IMG/VR virus record: IMGVR_UViG_3300035670_000119
Span: 21,906 to 85,905 of that record
Direction: 5' to 3' (one strand)
From: a virus
DNA: 64,000 nt
Part shown: positions 37,848 through 46,251 of the stretch, piece by piece
Layout of the letters: every line of letters begins with the position of its first letter
Position numbering within the stretch: position 1 is the stretch's first letter
Position numbers and translations under genes: made by a program
The notes under the pieces: generated by a model
The model's input: the letters and a program-made list of their open reading frames with translations, nothing else
What the model was told of the DNA's origin: nothing
Database searches by the model: none

Positions 37848-38111
37848 ATGGCAGTTTCAATTGACCATCACGACATCACAGCAGCCCTTAATAAATTCAA
37901 CCTTGAGGTAACTGATTATTATCTTGAGTTTGCTGATGATGTCATCTATATGTACTGGGTAGCATGCCCGGCAGATATAGAACACTACATCAAAGAAGAC
38001 ACTGGTTGCCTTGCGATTCAGATTAAAGGCAAGTGGTTCTATCTGGATGAATCCCGACCGGACACTGAGCGTCCGTTTGTTAACTGTCGTTATATCTTGG
38101 AGACAATCTGA
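37848..38111 (+). CDS. Early hypothetical protein
   Basis: ORF after leader hairpin. Confidence 0.65.
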   Translation: MAVSIDHHDITAALNKFNLEVTDYYLEFADDVIYMYWVACPADIEHYIKEDTGCLAIQIKGKWFYLDESRPDTERPFVNCRYILETI

Positions 38112-38317
38112 TGAAGACGATTTATTCAATGGGGAGAGGCAAATACATCCACCTCGATTCTTACGGTGAGTCTCATGGGACTCGCCGTTGGTCAGTTGGT
38201 ATTGCCCTCTTCTCCATCGTCATCGCCGCCATCACTGCCACCGCACTGGTGGACGTTGACATCACTGATCCTTCACTGAAACAACACCATGTCATTCACA
38301 ATCGCATTGGTTACTGA
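38111..38317 (+). CDS. Small membrane protein
   Basis: TGATG coupling; hydrophobic helix. Confidence 0.6.
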   Translation: MKTIYSMGRGKYIHLDSYGESHGTRRWSVGIALFSIVIAAITATALVDVDITDPSLKQHHVIHNRIGY

Positions 38318-38513
38318 CCGGAGTGGGCGTTATGCTCACGTCTGGGGAGAACCAAGGAGCTGGAATCAATTCGTTGAACAGCTCGAAGATGCTGGCTGCG
38401 AAGTGATTGAAAACCAGACCGAAGATTGGGAAGGGTCTACCAGGGATGAAGTCGCTGAAGACTGCTTGACAGTTCATCAGCTACTGCACGACACTGACTT
38501 CATTCCCCACTAA
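38289..38513 (+). CDS. Acidic early protein
   Basis: CAACACC-ATG; D/E-rich. Confidence 0.65.
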   Translation: MSFTIALVTDRSGRYAHVWGEPRSWNQFVEQLEDAGCEVIENQTEDWEGSTRDEVAEDCLTVHQLLHDTDFIPH

Positions 38514-38515
38514 AC

Positions 38516-38570
38516 ACCTGGGCATCCACAATTGAGAACTCTTCTCAATAACGTGGTGTAAGTCCCAGGT
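38516..38570 (+). promoter_or_regulatory. TAAGT-bulge stem motif copy 1
   Basis: ACCTGGG-CATC...GGTG-TAAGT-CCCAGGT. Confidence 0.65.
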
Positions 38571-38598
38571 CCAACCGTTCACTTACTCAACTTACACC

Positions 38599-38781
38599 AT
38601 GAGAGACCCTAACTTCATTGATGAACAACGTAACGCTGACTTGCTTGATACCATGGCTGATGTGGCATATCAACAAGAGCAAGCCATGCGTGAAGCGTTT
38701 GAAGAACATCAAGAACAATGGATGATGCGTGAATTGAATCTCAACTTATTTGAACAGGAGACCTACGATGACCAAGCCTAA
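38599..38781 (+). CDS. Acidic early protein
   Basis: 60-aa ORF after leader motif. Confidence 0.6.
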   Translation: MRDPNFIDEQRNADLLDTMADVAYQQEQAMREAFEEHQEQWMMRELNLNLFEQETYDDQA

Positions 38782-38868
38782 GTACACACTGCGTCAAGCA
38801 TGGGATGACGGTGACATTATCGTCATCCTGATCGCAATCATTTCAATCATCATCACTGAATTCGCATC

Positions 38869-39237
38869 ATGTCTTACATCTCAGAACTCAAGAAGTTCTA
38901 CCCCAAGACCTACAAAGTCCGCTTTGCAATCAACGCCTACAACACACACAAGTATTTCGAACACGAAAATCCAACGGTCATCACCGTGCACGAAACCTGC
39001 CTCCGTTATGGAGGACCCGAAGAAGGAGGCTGGTGGTTCCAGCAAGGTAACCCGGTCCTCAGCCACTGCATCTTCTCCAAGAAGCAAGCGATCCAAACCT
39101 ACGTCAAGTACTTCGAAGAGTACAAGATCGAAGGGCAGCCGTCTCTTGGAGATACAACAACTAGCTCCAACATCGAGCTAAGTTTTTCCAACAGGTATGC
39201 AGAGGTGTACCCTAAGACGCGTCCCCATTACTGCTGA
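38869..39237 (+). CDS. Conserved phage hypothetical (YGGPEEGGWW motif)
   Basis: Distinctive YGGPEEGGWW...RPHYC pattern. Confidence 0.75.
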   Translation: MSYISELKKFYPKTYKVRFAINAYNTHKYFEHENPTVITVHETCLRYGGPEEGGWWFQQGNPVLSHCIFSKKQAIQTYVKYFEEYKIEGQPSLGDTTTSSNIELSFSNRYAEVYPKTRPHYC

Positions 39238-39242
39238 GATTC

Positions 39243-39485
39243 ATGCTTGCCACTGCAGTACCAGCACTCAGTATCAATCAACGTAACCTCTATGCTTACT
39301 TCTTGAACCACAAGAAGAAGTATGGGAACACACCATGCTTTGTACCAAGGCTTCCGTCACAGGCCTCAAGGCTTGAGCAATATCTTCAAGCCTTGGTAAG
39401 GCTAGAGGAATACGGATTGATACGTGTAGACAGAAGCGTTGATAACTACACAGGCTGGATGATGCTAGAACCTAAGGCCACATAA
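39243..39485 (+). CDS. Winged-helix-like hypothetical protein
   Basis: LSINQRNLY...ALVRLEEYGLIRV. Confidence 0.55.
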   Translation: MLATAVPALSINQRNLYAYFLNHKKKYGNTPCFVPRLPSQASRLEQYLQALVRLEEYGLIRVDRSVDNYTGWMMLEPKAT

Positions 39486-39562
39486 CGTAATAACAGTGCC
39501 GTAGTATTGGATGGCATGTAAGAATTGCCAATACATGCCAATACTTCAGTTATAGTCTCAAT

Positions 39563-39603
39563 CCTGGGCAGCACTGACGTAAGTACGGTGCGTAAGTCCC
39601 AGG
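39563..39603 (+). promoter_or_regulatory. TAAGT-bulge stem motif copy 2
   Basis: CCTGGG-CAGCAC...GTGCG-TAAGT-CCCAGG. Confidence 0.6.
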
Positions 39604-39606
39604 CTT

Positions 39607-39834
39607 TTATCCGACTGTATTACGTACATCAGGTGTAAACCTTTGCATCTGATCTAACAACCTAAGCTCTGCTTGTTTGTTTTGTATCGGAATGCTTTCA
39701 TTTCTTATAACAGATGTTAAGAAGTCCATTACTTTATCTTGAGGTGGCATAGAACCATGTGCCTTCATGTATTCTTGTTGCCACCCTTGAAGGAATGGAC
39801 TATTGGCCATTGCATATCTACCAGCTAATAACAT
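39607..39834 (-). CDS. Counter-oriented hypothetical protein
   Basis: 75-aa ORF filling the gap between two leader motifs. Confidence 0.6.
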   Translation of the reverse strand: MLLAGRYAMANSPFLQGWQQEYMKAHGSMPPQDKVMDFLTSVIRNESIPIQNKQAELRLLDQMQRFTPDVRNTVG

Positions 39835-39863
39835 GGACCTGAGTATGTCCTTAAACTACTCAG
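39835..39863 (+). promoter_or_regulatory. Pseudoknot leader motif copy 2
   Basis: GGAC-CTGAGTAT-GTCC-TTAAAC-TACTCAG. Confidence 0.7.
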
Positions 39864-39902
39864 TCCATCATACTCATCATCAACCTCAACTCCACATCAA
39901 CC

Positions 39903-40178
39903 ATGACCTACCCCGAAATCGACTGGAAGAAGAACGAGTACAAGCAATTGGAAGAAGCTTTGGACATACTCAAAGCTGTCATCGAACGTGAATCAAAGCG
40001 TCATCAAATGGATGAGCACTTAGTTCCAGGAGATAATGATATTGTCCAAGAAGCAATCGGTTTGCTTGAAGAGATCATTGACTATGACCCGACACCTAAC
40101 GAGCCTGGTGAACCTCCCATGACAATGGACGAAATGCACAGTGCTGCATGGAAAGAACACCAGGAGATGCACCGGTAA
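39903..40178 (+). CDS. Acidic hypothetical protein
   Basis: 91-aa ORF after leader. Confidence 0.7.
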   Translation: MTYPEIDWKKNEYKQLEEALDILKAVIERESKRHQMDEHLVPGDNDIVQEAIGLLEEIIDYDPTPNEPGEPPMTMDEMHSAAWKEHQEMHR

Positions 40179-40329
40179 CAGCCAACTAGGGGGGACTAGT
40201 ACATAAGTACTTCCCCCCACACCCCCCGACAGAGTACCAGGGAATCCTTGGATTTATATAGGACATACTTATGTTCCATTCCCTTGACTCCCTGGTAGAC
40301 TGTCCTTGTTAATCAACTCATCTCAACCC

Positions 40330-40542
40330 ATGACTACTCCCAACACTCCACGTATACCTGACTCTCTTGACATGCAAAGACTTCAAGCTATGCAACTTGT
40401 TGCAAAGATGAAGGAATCAGCAGAGAGAAATGGTATTGGATTCATTGGTGGATTCATTGCTCCGAATGGAGAGAAGTTTGTCATGACCAACATGACAGAC
40501 GAAGATGACATCAATGCACTCATGCCGGAGGATCTTAAGTGA
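40330..40542 (+). CDS. Hypothetical protein
   Basis: ATG in CAACCC context. Confidence 0.65.
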   Translation: MTTPNTPRIPDSLDMQRLQAMQLVAKMKESAERNGIGFIGGFIAPNGEKFVMTNMTDEDDINALMPEDLK

Positions 40543-40874
40543 ATCAATCTCATCCCGTTATTCCAACCGAGTACCTGCTTGATGCTTGGCATCAGCAACA
40601 TCAACGATACAGAAAGAGCTTCAAAGAAATTCTTATTGAAGCTGCCCAATGGGGAGCTGATACAGAATTAGAAGAATGTTGTAAGCTATTCGAATCTAAT
40701 TCTGTATGTGGCACCAAGTTTCAGCGGAGATCTTCTGTTCGAGATCTACGTGAAAAGCGTAGACCTTCACCCAAGCAAAAGACATTGACAGTGTCAATCA
40801 CTGGTACTGAAGATGAACTTGAACAACTCATTCGCAAACTCAAACATGAACAACAAATCTCGATTGAACTTTGA
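40539..40874 (+). CDS. AAQWGAD-ELE-CC family paralog
   Basis: HPVIP...W...AAQWGADTELEECC. Confidence 0.7.
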   Translation: MNQSHPVIPTEYLLDAWHQQHQRYRKSFKEILIEAAQWGADTELEECCKLFESNSVCGTKFQRRSSVRDLREKRRPSPKQKTLTVSITGTEDELEQLIRKLKHEQQISIEL

Positions 40875-41043
40875 CAAAACTATCGCAGGATTCAACATTA
40901 CCGAGCGCGGTGTGCGCTCGTACAGTAAATCAATTAAGCTTGGTCCATTCCAAGTAACACTTAACGCACGTGAGTCTGGCTTACGTGGTACCATTGGTAT
41001 CCCTGGCACAGGCGTTTCAATTCCAAACATTAAGCTAATCTAA
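40846..41043 (+). CDS. DUF4236-like protein
   Basis: NITERGV.S.S...GP...TIGIPGTGVS. Confidence 0.6.
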   Translation: MNNKSRLNFDKTIAGFNITERGVRSYSKSIKLGPFQVTLNARESGLRGTIGIPGTGVSIPNIKLI

Positions 41044-41107
41044 AGATCTGGGCATCCGAAAGCAACGCCGCGTCCAGGACACGCCGTAGGTGTAAGTCCC
41101 AGATCTT
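41043..41107 (+). promoter_or_regulatory. TAAGT-bulge stem motif copy 3
   Basis: AAGATCTGGG-CATC...GGTG-TAAGT-CCCAGATCTT. Confidence 0.65.
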
Positions 41108-41129
41108 GTCCACTAACTCAACTCAACTC

Positions 41130-41315
41130 ATGTCTGCTTACGTCGAAAACCTCACCTTGTTTGATCGCATCAATCTTGCTGCCTGCGCACAGCGCAGAGC
41201 AACAGAAAATGTGTTGGATTCAACACGATTCAATGGCGAGTTTGACACAGCACGTCTGTGGATGAAGTATCGCCTTGTCAAGTACAGCAACTATTCATTT
41301 ATCGAGGGCAACTGA
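41130..41315 (+). CDS. Hypothetical protein
   Basis: ATG after leader. Confidence 0.6.
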   Translation: MSAYVENLTLFDRINLAACAQRRATENVLDSTRFNGEFDTARLWMKYRLVKYSNYSFIEGN

Positions 41316-41566
41316 TGACAGTCTTAGCAATCGAAAACACTTCATTCACTGACACTCATGTCACAGTTACAGCAGTTGTTGACGAGATGCGCCTGCTCTA
41401 TCGCGGAAGTCGTCTCGACCCTGAAGAGTGGGCTCCTGCATTGTGTCAAGCAACTATTGAGTTGGATCCAGAGGAACAAATCCCTCTTGATGAAGATGGC
41501 TTCTGTGCCTATCTTGATCACCTCGATCCTCAATGGCAAGTACTAGATCCGGAGGACATCGGATGA
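41315..41566 (+). CDS. Acidic hypothetical protein
   Basis: TGATG coupling. Confidence 0.65.
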   Translation: MTVLAIENTSFTDTHVTVTAVVDEMRLLYRGSRLDPEEWAPALCQATIELDPEEQIPLDEDGFCAYLDHLDPQWQVLDPEDIG

Positions 41567-41748
41567 TTGGCTTCTCAATTGAATTCAAACGTTGGTACTT
41601 TGTACTACGTGGTCCTAAGGGTCGTGTGTACTTGGCAACTGGCTTTGCTAAACGCATGCCAGTCATAACGCCGATTGGCACCTATGACATGGAACAGTAC
41701 ATCGAAGAGACGTCACTGTTCTTAGATATACATCGGTACGAAGACTGA
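41563..41748 (+). CDS. Hypothetical protein
   Basis: ATGA coupling. Confidence 0.55.
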   Translation: MIGFSIEFKRWYFVLRGPKGRVYLATGFAKRMPVITPIGTYDMEQYIEETSLFLDIHRYED

Positions 41749-41753
41749 TCACA

Positions 41754-41781
41754 CGTCCTGGACATGACGTTAAACTGTCTA
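41754..41781 (+). promoter_or_regulatory. Pseudoknot leader motif copy 3
   Basis: CGTC-CTGGACAT-GACG-TTAAAC-TGTCTA. Confidence 0.7.
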
Positions 41782-41803
41782 TTTCATTTACTCATTTAAC
41801 CCA

Positions 41804-42100
41804 ATGGAAATCAATTCTCCAACGCCACCTTTAGATCTTGTTAATGATTGGATGACGCATTGGTATGACGACAATCAAACCGATGATACCCAAGAAATGT
41901 ACATTGCAACTAAGGCTGCAATGTGGGGTGCTATCTGGGGTGCTACTAATGCGTTAGAAACAGCTATCAAAGACACATCTCCTGTTCACTGGCGTGTAGC
42001 CGGTGGTGCAGAAGATGGTCAGCAAATAGTACGTGTTATTGATCTAATGGAATGGCTTGCACAATTCCGTAAAGAATATGAGGAGAAGATCAATGGCTGA
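41804..42100 (+). CDS. Divergent AAxWG family paralog
   Basis: TPPLDLVNDW...YIATKAAMWGA. Confidence 0.65.
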   Translation: MEINSPTPPLDLVNDWMTHWYDDNQTDDTQEMYIATKAAMWGAIWGATNALETAIKDTSPVHWRVAGGAEDGQQIVRVIDLMEWLAQFRKEYEEKING

Positions 42101-42347
42101 ACTTTCACCAGTAGCAAAATCAATTTTGAAAGCTGCTTATAAAGCAACACGAATTCCTGATTGGCAGAATAAGTTTTATTCCAGCTATGCTGCTGCTGTG
42201 CTTCGTACTGCCGTAGAAAAAGTGATTTCAAAGGAATGGCCAACTATTGAAGACTACAACGAATACGATCAAGGCTTTGCTGCTGCACACATCAACTATC
42301 GAAATCAACTTTTAGATATTGCTGATGAACTTGAAAGCTTGACTTGA
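42093..42347 (+). CDS. ELSP-AAVLR-LLxIAxELE family paralog
   Basis: MAELSPVAKSILKAAY...AAAVLR...LLDIADELE. Confidence 0.7.
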   Translation: MAELSPVAKSILKAAYKATRIPDWQNKFYSSYAAAVLRTAVEKVISKEWPTIEDYNEYDQGFAAAHINYRNQLLDIADELESLT

Positions 42348-42352
42348 TCAAC

Positions 42353-42380
42353 CGTCCTGGATATGACGTTAAACTGTCCA
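42353..42380 (+). promoter_or_regulatory. Pseudoknot leader motif copy 4
   Basis: CGTC-CTGGATAT-GACG-TTAAAC-TGTCCA. Confidence 0.7.
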
Positions 42381-42402
42381 TTCCCTTTACCTACACTACA
42401 CC

Positions 42403-44130
42403 ATGCAATTTGCTCTGCCTTCCAACTTGCAAACTGAACTGCTTGCCTATGATCCAAAGCGCAAGGCTTTGGCTAAGCAACAACAGGCCAACAAACCAAG
42501 TGCTAAACCTAAATATCCACTTGGTAAGATTCCTTGTCTGATTCCAACGAATGTTGTACGTGAAGCAGATCAGCTAGCGGCTATCGAACGCATCAATCAG
42601 CAACCTGCACCACAGAGGTACCAGGTGTTTACTACGCCTGTGGATGTAGCAACTCCGCAGGCCAGACTCAAAGTCATTGCCATCCTGTATCACTATGAAC
42701 AGGTGTGGTATGCAGCATGGTTACCTCCCAAGCAGGAGAAAGATCAGTACATCTATGGTCATGCGTATGCATTCAAGAACACATCCGCAGCAGCAAATAC
42801 TGCACCTAATTGGATATGGAACAGCAAAGATAAGTGCATCATGCACGACATCGGTCGTGGTTCTCAACTCTTTACGTATATCAAGAATATAACAAGAGAT
42901 GAGATCACAGCTACCGATGGTAATGGCTGGACTAGTTACCAGTGGAAAGCAGCTAATCTTTTCCAGCGGAAGGGATATGAAATCCGTGACAATGCTGTGC
43001 ATCAATTCGAAGCAAGCCTAAGGGAAGACCTGCCAACATGGGAGGATTCACGTGGTTTGTTTGATCGCATCCGCTGCAAGAACATCTTTGATGCAGCAGG
43101 TATTCCACACATGACGTCAAGATACCTTGATGTCGAACGTGGTCTTACTGTTGAGAATTTTATTGATGGTGCAATTAAATTTAATGAAGAGAGTTGTGTT
43201 TCATTTACATACACATCTGTTGTAAAACTAACTCACATTATTACTAAACCTGCAATCCGTAAGCTATTACAAGAAGAACTTGATCGCAGCATCACCGCAT
43301 ATAACAATCCTAATAATAGGAATCAGCTACCTATTAAACAAGGCTTCAACACTTTTGTTCAGATCATTAACTCTATTGATTGGATCAATGACATCTGGCC
43401 TGACTGTCCTATTGATTATTATCAAACTTACTTTAAAGAACTGAAGTACATTCGATTGAATCAGGTGCGTGTATGTAATGTTAACAACCAGTCAGTATTG
43501 ATTCCTTGGTTACGTGAGCACATGCCAGTTGCATCTATGTTCACAATCATGCGTAAGTATCTTGAGCAGGATGAGCCTAGCCGTTGGACTGACAACGAAG
43601 TTGGTTATGCACGCCAGGGATTCTATCAGCTCAACGATACATTCTCAATGATCATTCGCATCCTAAGTAATGACAAAACACTTGAGCCTCCTAAGCGTTG
43701 GCGCCTGACTGAGTTCCACGACTATGTGCAAGCAGAGTCTTGGAAGATTGAGAATCCTAAGGAAACACTACGTCAAGATCTATTCCCTGAACCCATTAAG
43801 GTGAAGCGTCAAGATGAAGTGTGGACTTTCATCCAGCCTTTTGATACTCACCAGCTAGCAATGTGGGGCCAGGCTGTACGCAACTGCGTTGGCTCGGCAT
43901 CACACTATGCGGAAGATATTAAGAAACGTAAACACTTCATTGTGTTGTGCATGGTTGACGGCAAGCCCACCTTCACAATCCAACTGGTTGTGGATCAGGG
44001 CGTTATGTCTGTCAAGCAGATTGCTGGCGTTGCCAACAGGAGTCTGGACTGTCAGCAGCGTGAGGCCTATACCGAGGCATTCCGTGAGGCGTTGCAACTC
44101 CGTGAATCTGCGCTAGCATCTGAGAGCTGA
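42403..44130 (+). CDS. PcfJ-like domain protein
   Basis: C-terminal FHD...P....QLAMWGQAVRNCVG...Y...TFTIQL...QIAGVAN. Confidence 0.75.
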   Translation: MQFALPSNLQTELLAYDPKRKALAKQQQANKPSAKPKYPLGKIPCLIPTNVVREADQLAAIERINQQPAPQRYQVFTTPVDVATPQARLKVIAILYHYEQVWYAAWLPPKQEKDQYIYGHAYAFKNTSAAANTAPNWIWNSKDKCIMHDIGRGSQLFTYIKNITRDEITATDGNGWTSYQWKAANLFQRKGYEIRDNAVHQFEASLREDLPTWEDSRGLFDRIRCKNIFDAAGIPHMTSRYLDVERGLTVENFIDGAIKFNEESCVSFTYTSVVKLTHIITKPAIRKLLQEELDRSITAYNNPNNRNQLPIKQGFNTFVQIINSIDWINDIWPDCPIDYYQTYFKELKYIRLNQVRVCNVNNQSVLIPWLREHMPVASMFTIMRKYLEQDEPSRWTDNEVGYARQGFYQLNDTFSMIIRILSNDKTLEPPKRWRLTEFHDYVQAESWKIENPKETLRQDLFPEPIKVKRQDEVWTFIQPFDTHQLAMWGQAVRNCVGSASHYAEDIKKRKHFIVLCMVDGKPTFTIQLVVDQGVMSVKQIAGVANRSLDCQQREAYTEAFREALQLRESALASES

Positions 44131-44179
44131 AGCCACAGCAGGGGGATCCTATCTTCGTTATATGGATCCCTCTTTACCT

Positions 44180-44398
44180 ATGACTGACTACACCGATGAT
44201 CAGTTACTTGCTATGGCCATGGCAAACCTTGGCGAATACATTCACGAAAACTCACCACACTATGTATTGATTGAAGAAGATTCTCGTAACGAGGATGACT
44301 ACGACACATGGGAGTACGGCACTGAGCCGTTACCTCAAGACCACACTTGGCACTCCACATCAATTGATGTAGAGGTAAGTCCAAGTGAGGCCGACTAG
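44180..44398 (+). CDS. Very acidic small protein
   Basis: D/E-rich; stop lies inside the tRNA 5' end. Confidence 0.6.
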   Translation: MTDYTDDQLLAMAMANLGEYIHENSPHYVLIEEDSRNEDDYDTWEYGTEPLPQDHTWHSTSIDVEVSPSEAD

Positions 44399-44464
44399 CC
44401 CAACGGCAGAGGCAAGCGACTTAAAATCGCTCAAGTCCCGGTTCGAATCCGGGGTCGGCTACCA
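44389..44464 (+). tRNA. tRNA-Leu(TAA), short variable loop, CCA encoded
   Basis: GGCCGAC/GTCGGCT acceptor, AGCGA-CTTAAAA-TCGCT, CCCGG-TTCGAAT-CCGGG, ACCA. Confidence 0.9.
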
Positions 44465-44483
44465 ATTTACTTAACAAAATCCA

Positions 44484-44744
44484 ATGACTTCAACAAACGA
44501 TCGCTTTACTTTTTTCTCACGTGATGGAGTTAAAGTTCCTATAAATTGTCATCATTGTTTTTATTACATTCCAATGGATGATAATACTGGCGAATGTCAT
44601 TACCATCCACCTGTTGGAAGGAATTTTGAATATGAACATATAGAAGACATTCCTGACAAACCAACAGAGTGGCTTTTCCCTACATTAGATGGTGCCAATT
44701 ATTGTTCTAAATGGAAATGGAGTGGAGAACGAAAAGTAAACTAA
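44484..44744 (+). CDS. Cys-rich hypothetical protein
   Basis: CHHCFY...GECHYHPP...FP.....YCSKW; AT-rich. Confidence 0.7.
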   Translation: MTSTNDRFTFFSRDGVKVPINCHHCFYYIPMDDNTGECHYHPPVGRNFEYEHIEDIPDKPTEWLFPTLDGANYCSKWKWSGERKVN

Positions 44745-44764
44745 GAAGTTTTTAGTTCTTAAAT

Positions 44765-44795
44765 GACTAGGCATCTTACGGTGTAAGTCCTAGTT
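44765..44795 (+). promoter_or_regulatory. TAAGT-bulge stem motif copy 4 (minimal)
   Basis: GACTAGG-CATC-TTAC-GGTG-TAAGT-CCTAGTT. Confidence 0.65.
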
Positions 44796-44819
44796 ACCAA
44801 ATCACACTCAATTCACATC

Positions 44820-45182
44820 ATGCAAATCTTTGCCGCTTTCAAACATCTCATTCCTGAGTTCCATGCATTTAGTGATGAGGACAAGCGTTACAACATCGGT
44901 GCTACCTGGACCGATAACGATGGCCTGCGAGACTTCCACAATCTTGAGATGCGGTACGTCCGTAACTCAGAGCGCCTTGCTCTCCAGGGGGAGCCTCAGC
45001 CTGATGGTTCATGGAAGTACGTGGAACCCAACGGCAACACACACGTCATCTCAGCGGAGCGTGCACGTCACTTCATGGAAACCACACAAGCTCACGCCAG
45101 CATGATGTGTGACATGCTTGAGCGCCTGAAAAAGGCTGGCCTTTATGACAAGTTCATTGACACCGAGGCACGGCCTGCCTAA
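44820..45182 (+). CDS. Hypothetical protein
   Basis: 120-aa ORF after leader. Confidence 0.7.
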   Translation: MQIFAAFKHLIPEFHAFSDEDKRYNIGATWTDNDGLRDFHNLEMRYVRNSERLALQGEPQPDGSWKYVEPNGNTHVISAERARHFMETTQAHASMMCDMLERLKKAGLYDKFIDTEARPA

Positions 45183-45200
45183 GATCACAGCGGAATGTTC

Positions 45201-45226
45201 GGCCCCTGCACAAGCGGGGGTCTTTT
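45201..45226 (+). terminator. Possible intrinsic terminator
   Basis: GGCCCCTGC-ACAA-GCGGGGGTC-TTTT. Confidence 0.5.
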
Positions 45227-45230
45227 CTTC

Positions 45231-45560
45231 ATGATCAGTTCATTGCAATCAGAAACAGCAACAGATGTAATGCAACTTATTGCAGATTGTATTCCAGATT
45301 CCGAATGGTATCGGGTACGCAATGCAATTGTTGAACGCATTGTTGATAACATGCCAGGTGAAATTTTATTCAGGTTGACAAACAGCCATGATGACTTTGA
45401 TTTGGCTGAGATTATTCTTAAAACTCATTACGAAGAGTCTCCAAATGTTGAATTAATTGCCGATGCATTTAAGCTCATTGGCTCTGAGCAAACAGCAGAT
45501 CTTCTCGATTCATTGAACATTCAAGAAACAGATGGCATTTCAAAAGGCAATCCTTCCTGA
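45231..45560 (+). CDS. Acidic hypothetical protein
   Basis: ORF track frame, ATG after hairpin. Confidence 0.65.
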   Translation: MISSLQSETATDVMQLIADCIPDSEWYRVRNAIVERIVDNMPGEILFRLTNSHDDFDLAEIILKTHYEESPNVELIADAFKLIGSEQTADLLDSLNIQETDGISKGNPS

Positions 45561-45903
45561 CTGCCCTGAATGTAAACAACCTGGACTCAGAGTTATTGAA
45601 TCAAGGAAGACTGATCTATCTACAAGACGCAGAAAGAAATGTGATTACTGTGGCTACAAGGTTACAACCCATGAAGTTACAGCAGACTTCTTTGAAGAAG
45701 CCAAGCAGAATCAAATTCTGGTTAAGCAAATGCGTAATCTTCTTGGTGCAGACCTACCCATTCCTGGGGTAGAACCACCCCAGATGGGGGTGGAAATCAA
45801 ATGTGACGAATGCGTGCACAACAATGGCAAGCGTTGTGCATTTGACTTTCCAGAGTACGGCACAGATGAGTCGTATGATTGCAATCAGTATTCACTACCA
45901 TGA
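45532..45903 (+). CDS. NrdR-like zinc-ribbon protein (no ATP cone)
   Basis: CPEC...RVIESR....RRRKKCDYCGYKVTTHE plus a second Cys cluster. Confidence 0.75.
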   Translation: MAFQKAILPDCPECKQPGLRVIESRKTDLSTRRRKKCDYCGYKVTTHEVTADFFEEAKQNQILVKQMRNLLGADLPIPGVEPPQMGVEIKCDECVHNNGKRCAFDFPEYGTDESYDCNQYSLP

Positions 45904-46247
45904 CACAAGAGCATTCAATCACGCCAGCGCCAGAGCTAATTACAGAATGGATTGAAAATTATTTTGGTTGCGTTGTTACCGGCGCACTTTCTGATCTTGA
46001 AACTGCTATTGCTACACAAGCTGCCCAATGGGGTGCTGACCAGGAACTTGAATCATGTTGCGCATGGGTTGATTGGAAATGCTCAGGCAATAACGCTCGC
46101 CAGCTTCGAGAAGATCGACGCTCCAAACCGCTGAGCTTGAAGGAACAATCCATTGCCTTGCTTGACTTGATCCAAGAAAGCAAGAAGCCTTGGCAGCTTG
46201 AAGACCTAGACGTAGTGCGCCGCGCCCTTGAACAACTACCTGATTAA
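45900..46247 (+). CDS. AAQWGADQELE-CC family paralog
   Basis: MTQEHSITPAPELITEW...AAQWGADQELESCC...SLKEQ...RRALE. Confidence 0.75.
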   Translation: MTQEHSITPAPELITEWIENYFGCVVTGALSDLETAIATQAAQWGADQELESCCAWVDWKCSGNNARQLREDRRSKPLSLKEQSIALLDLIQESKKPWQLEDLDVVRRALEQLPD

Positions 46248-46251
46248 CCCC

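Noticed and set aside
44372-44385. GGTAAGTCC resembling the TAAGT-bulge motif
   Set aside because: Inside a CDS and lacks the complementary 5' stem.
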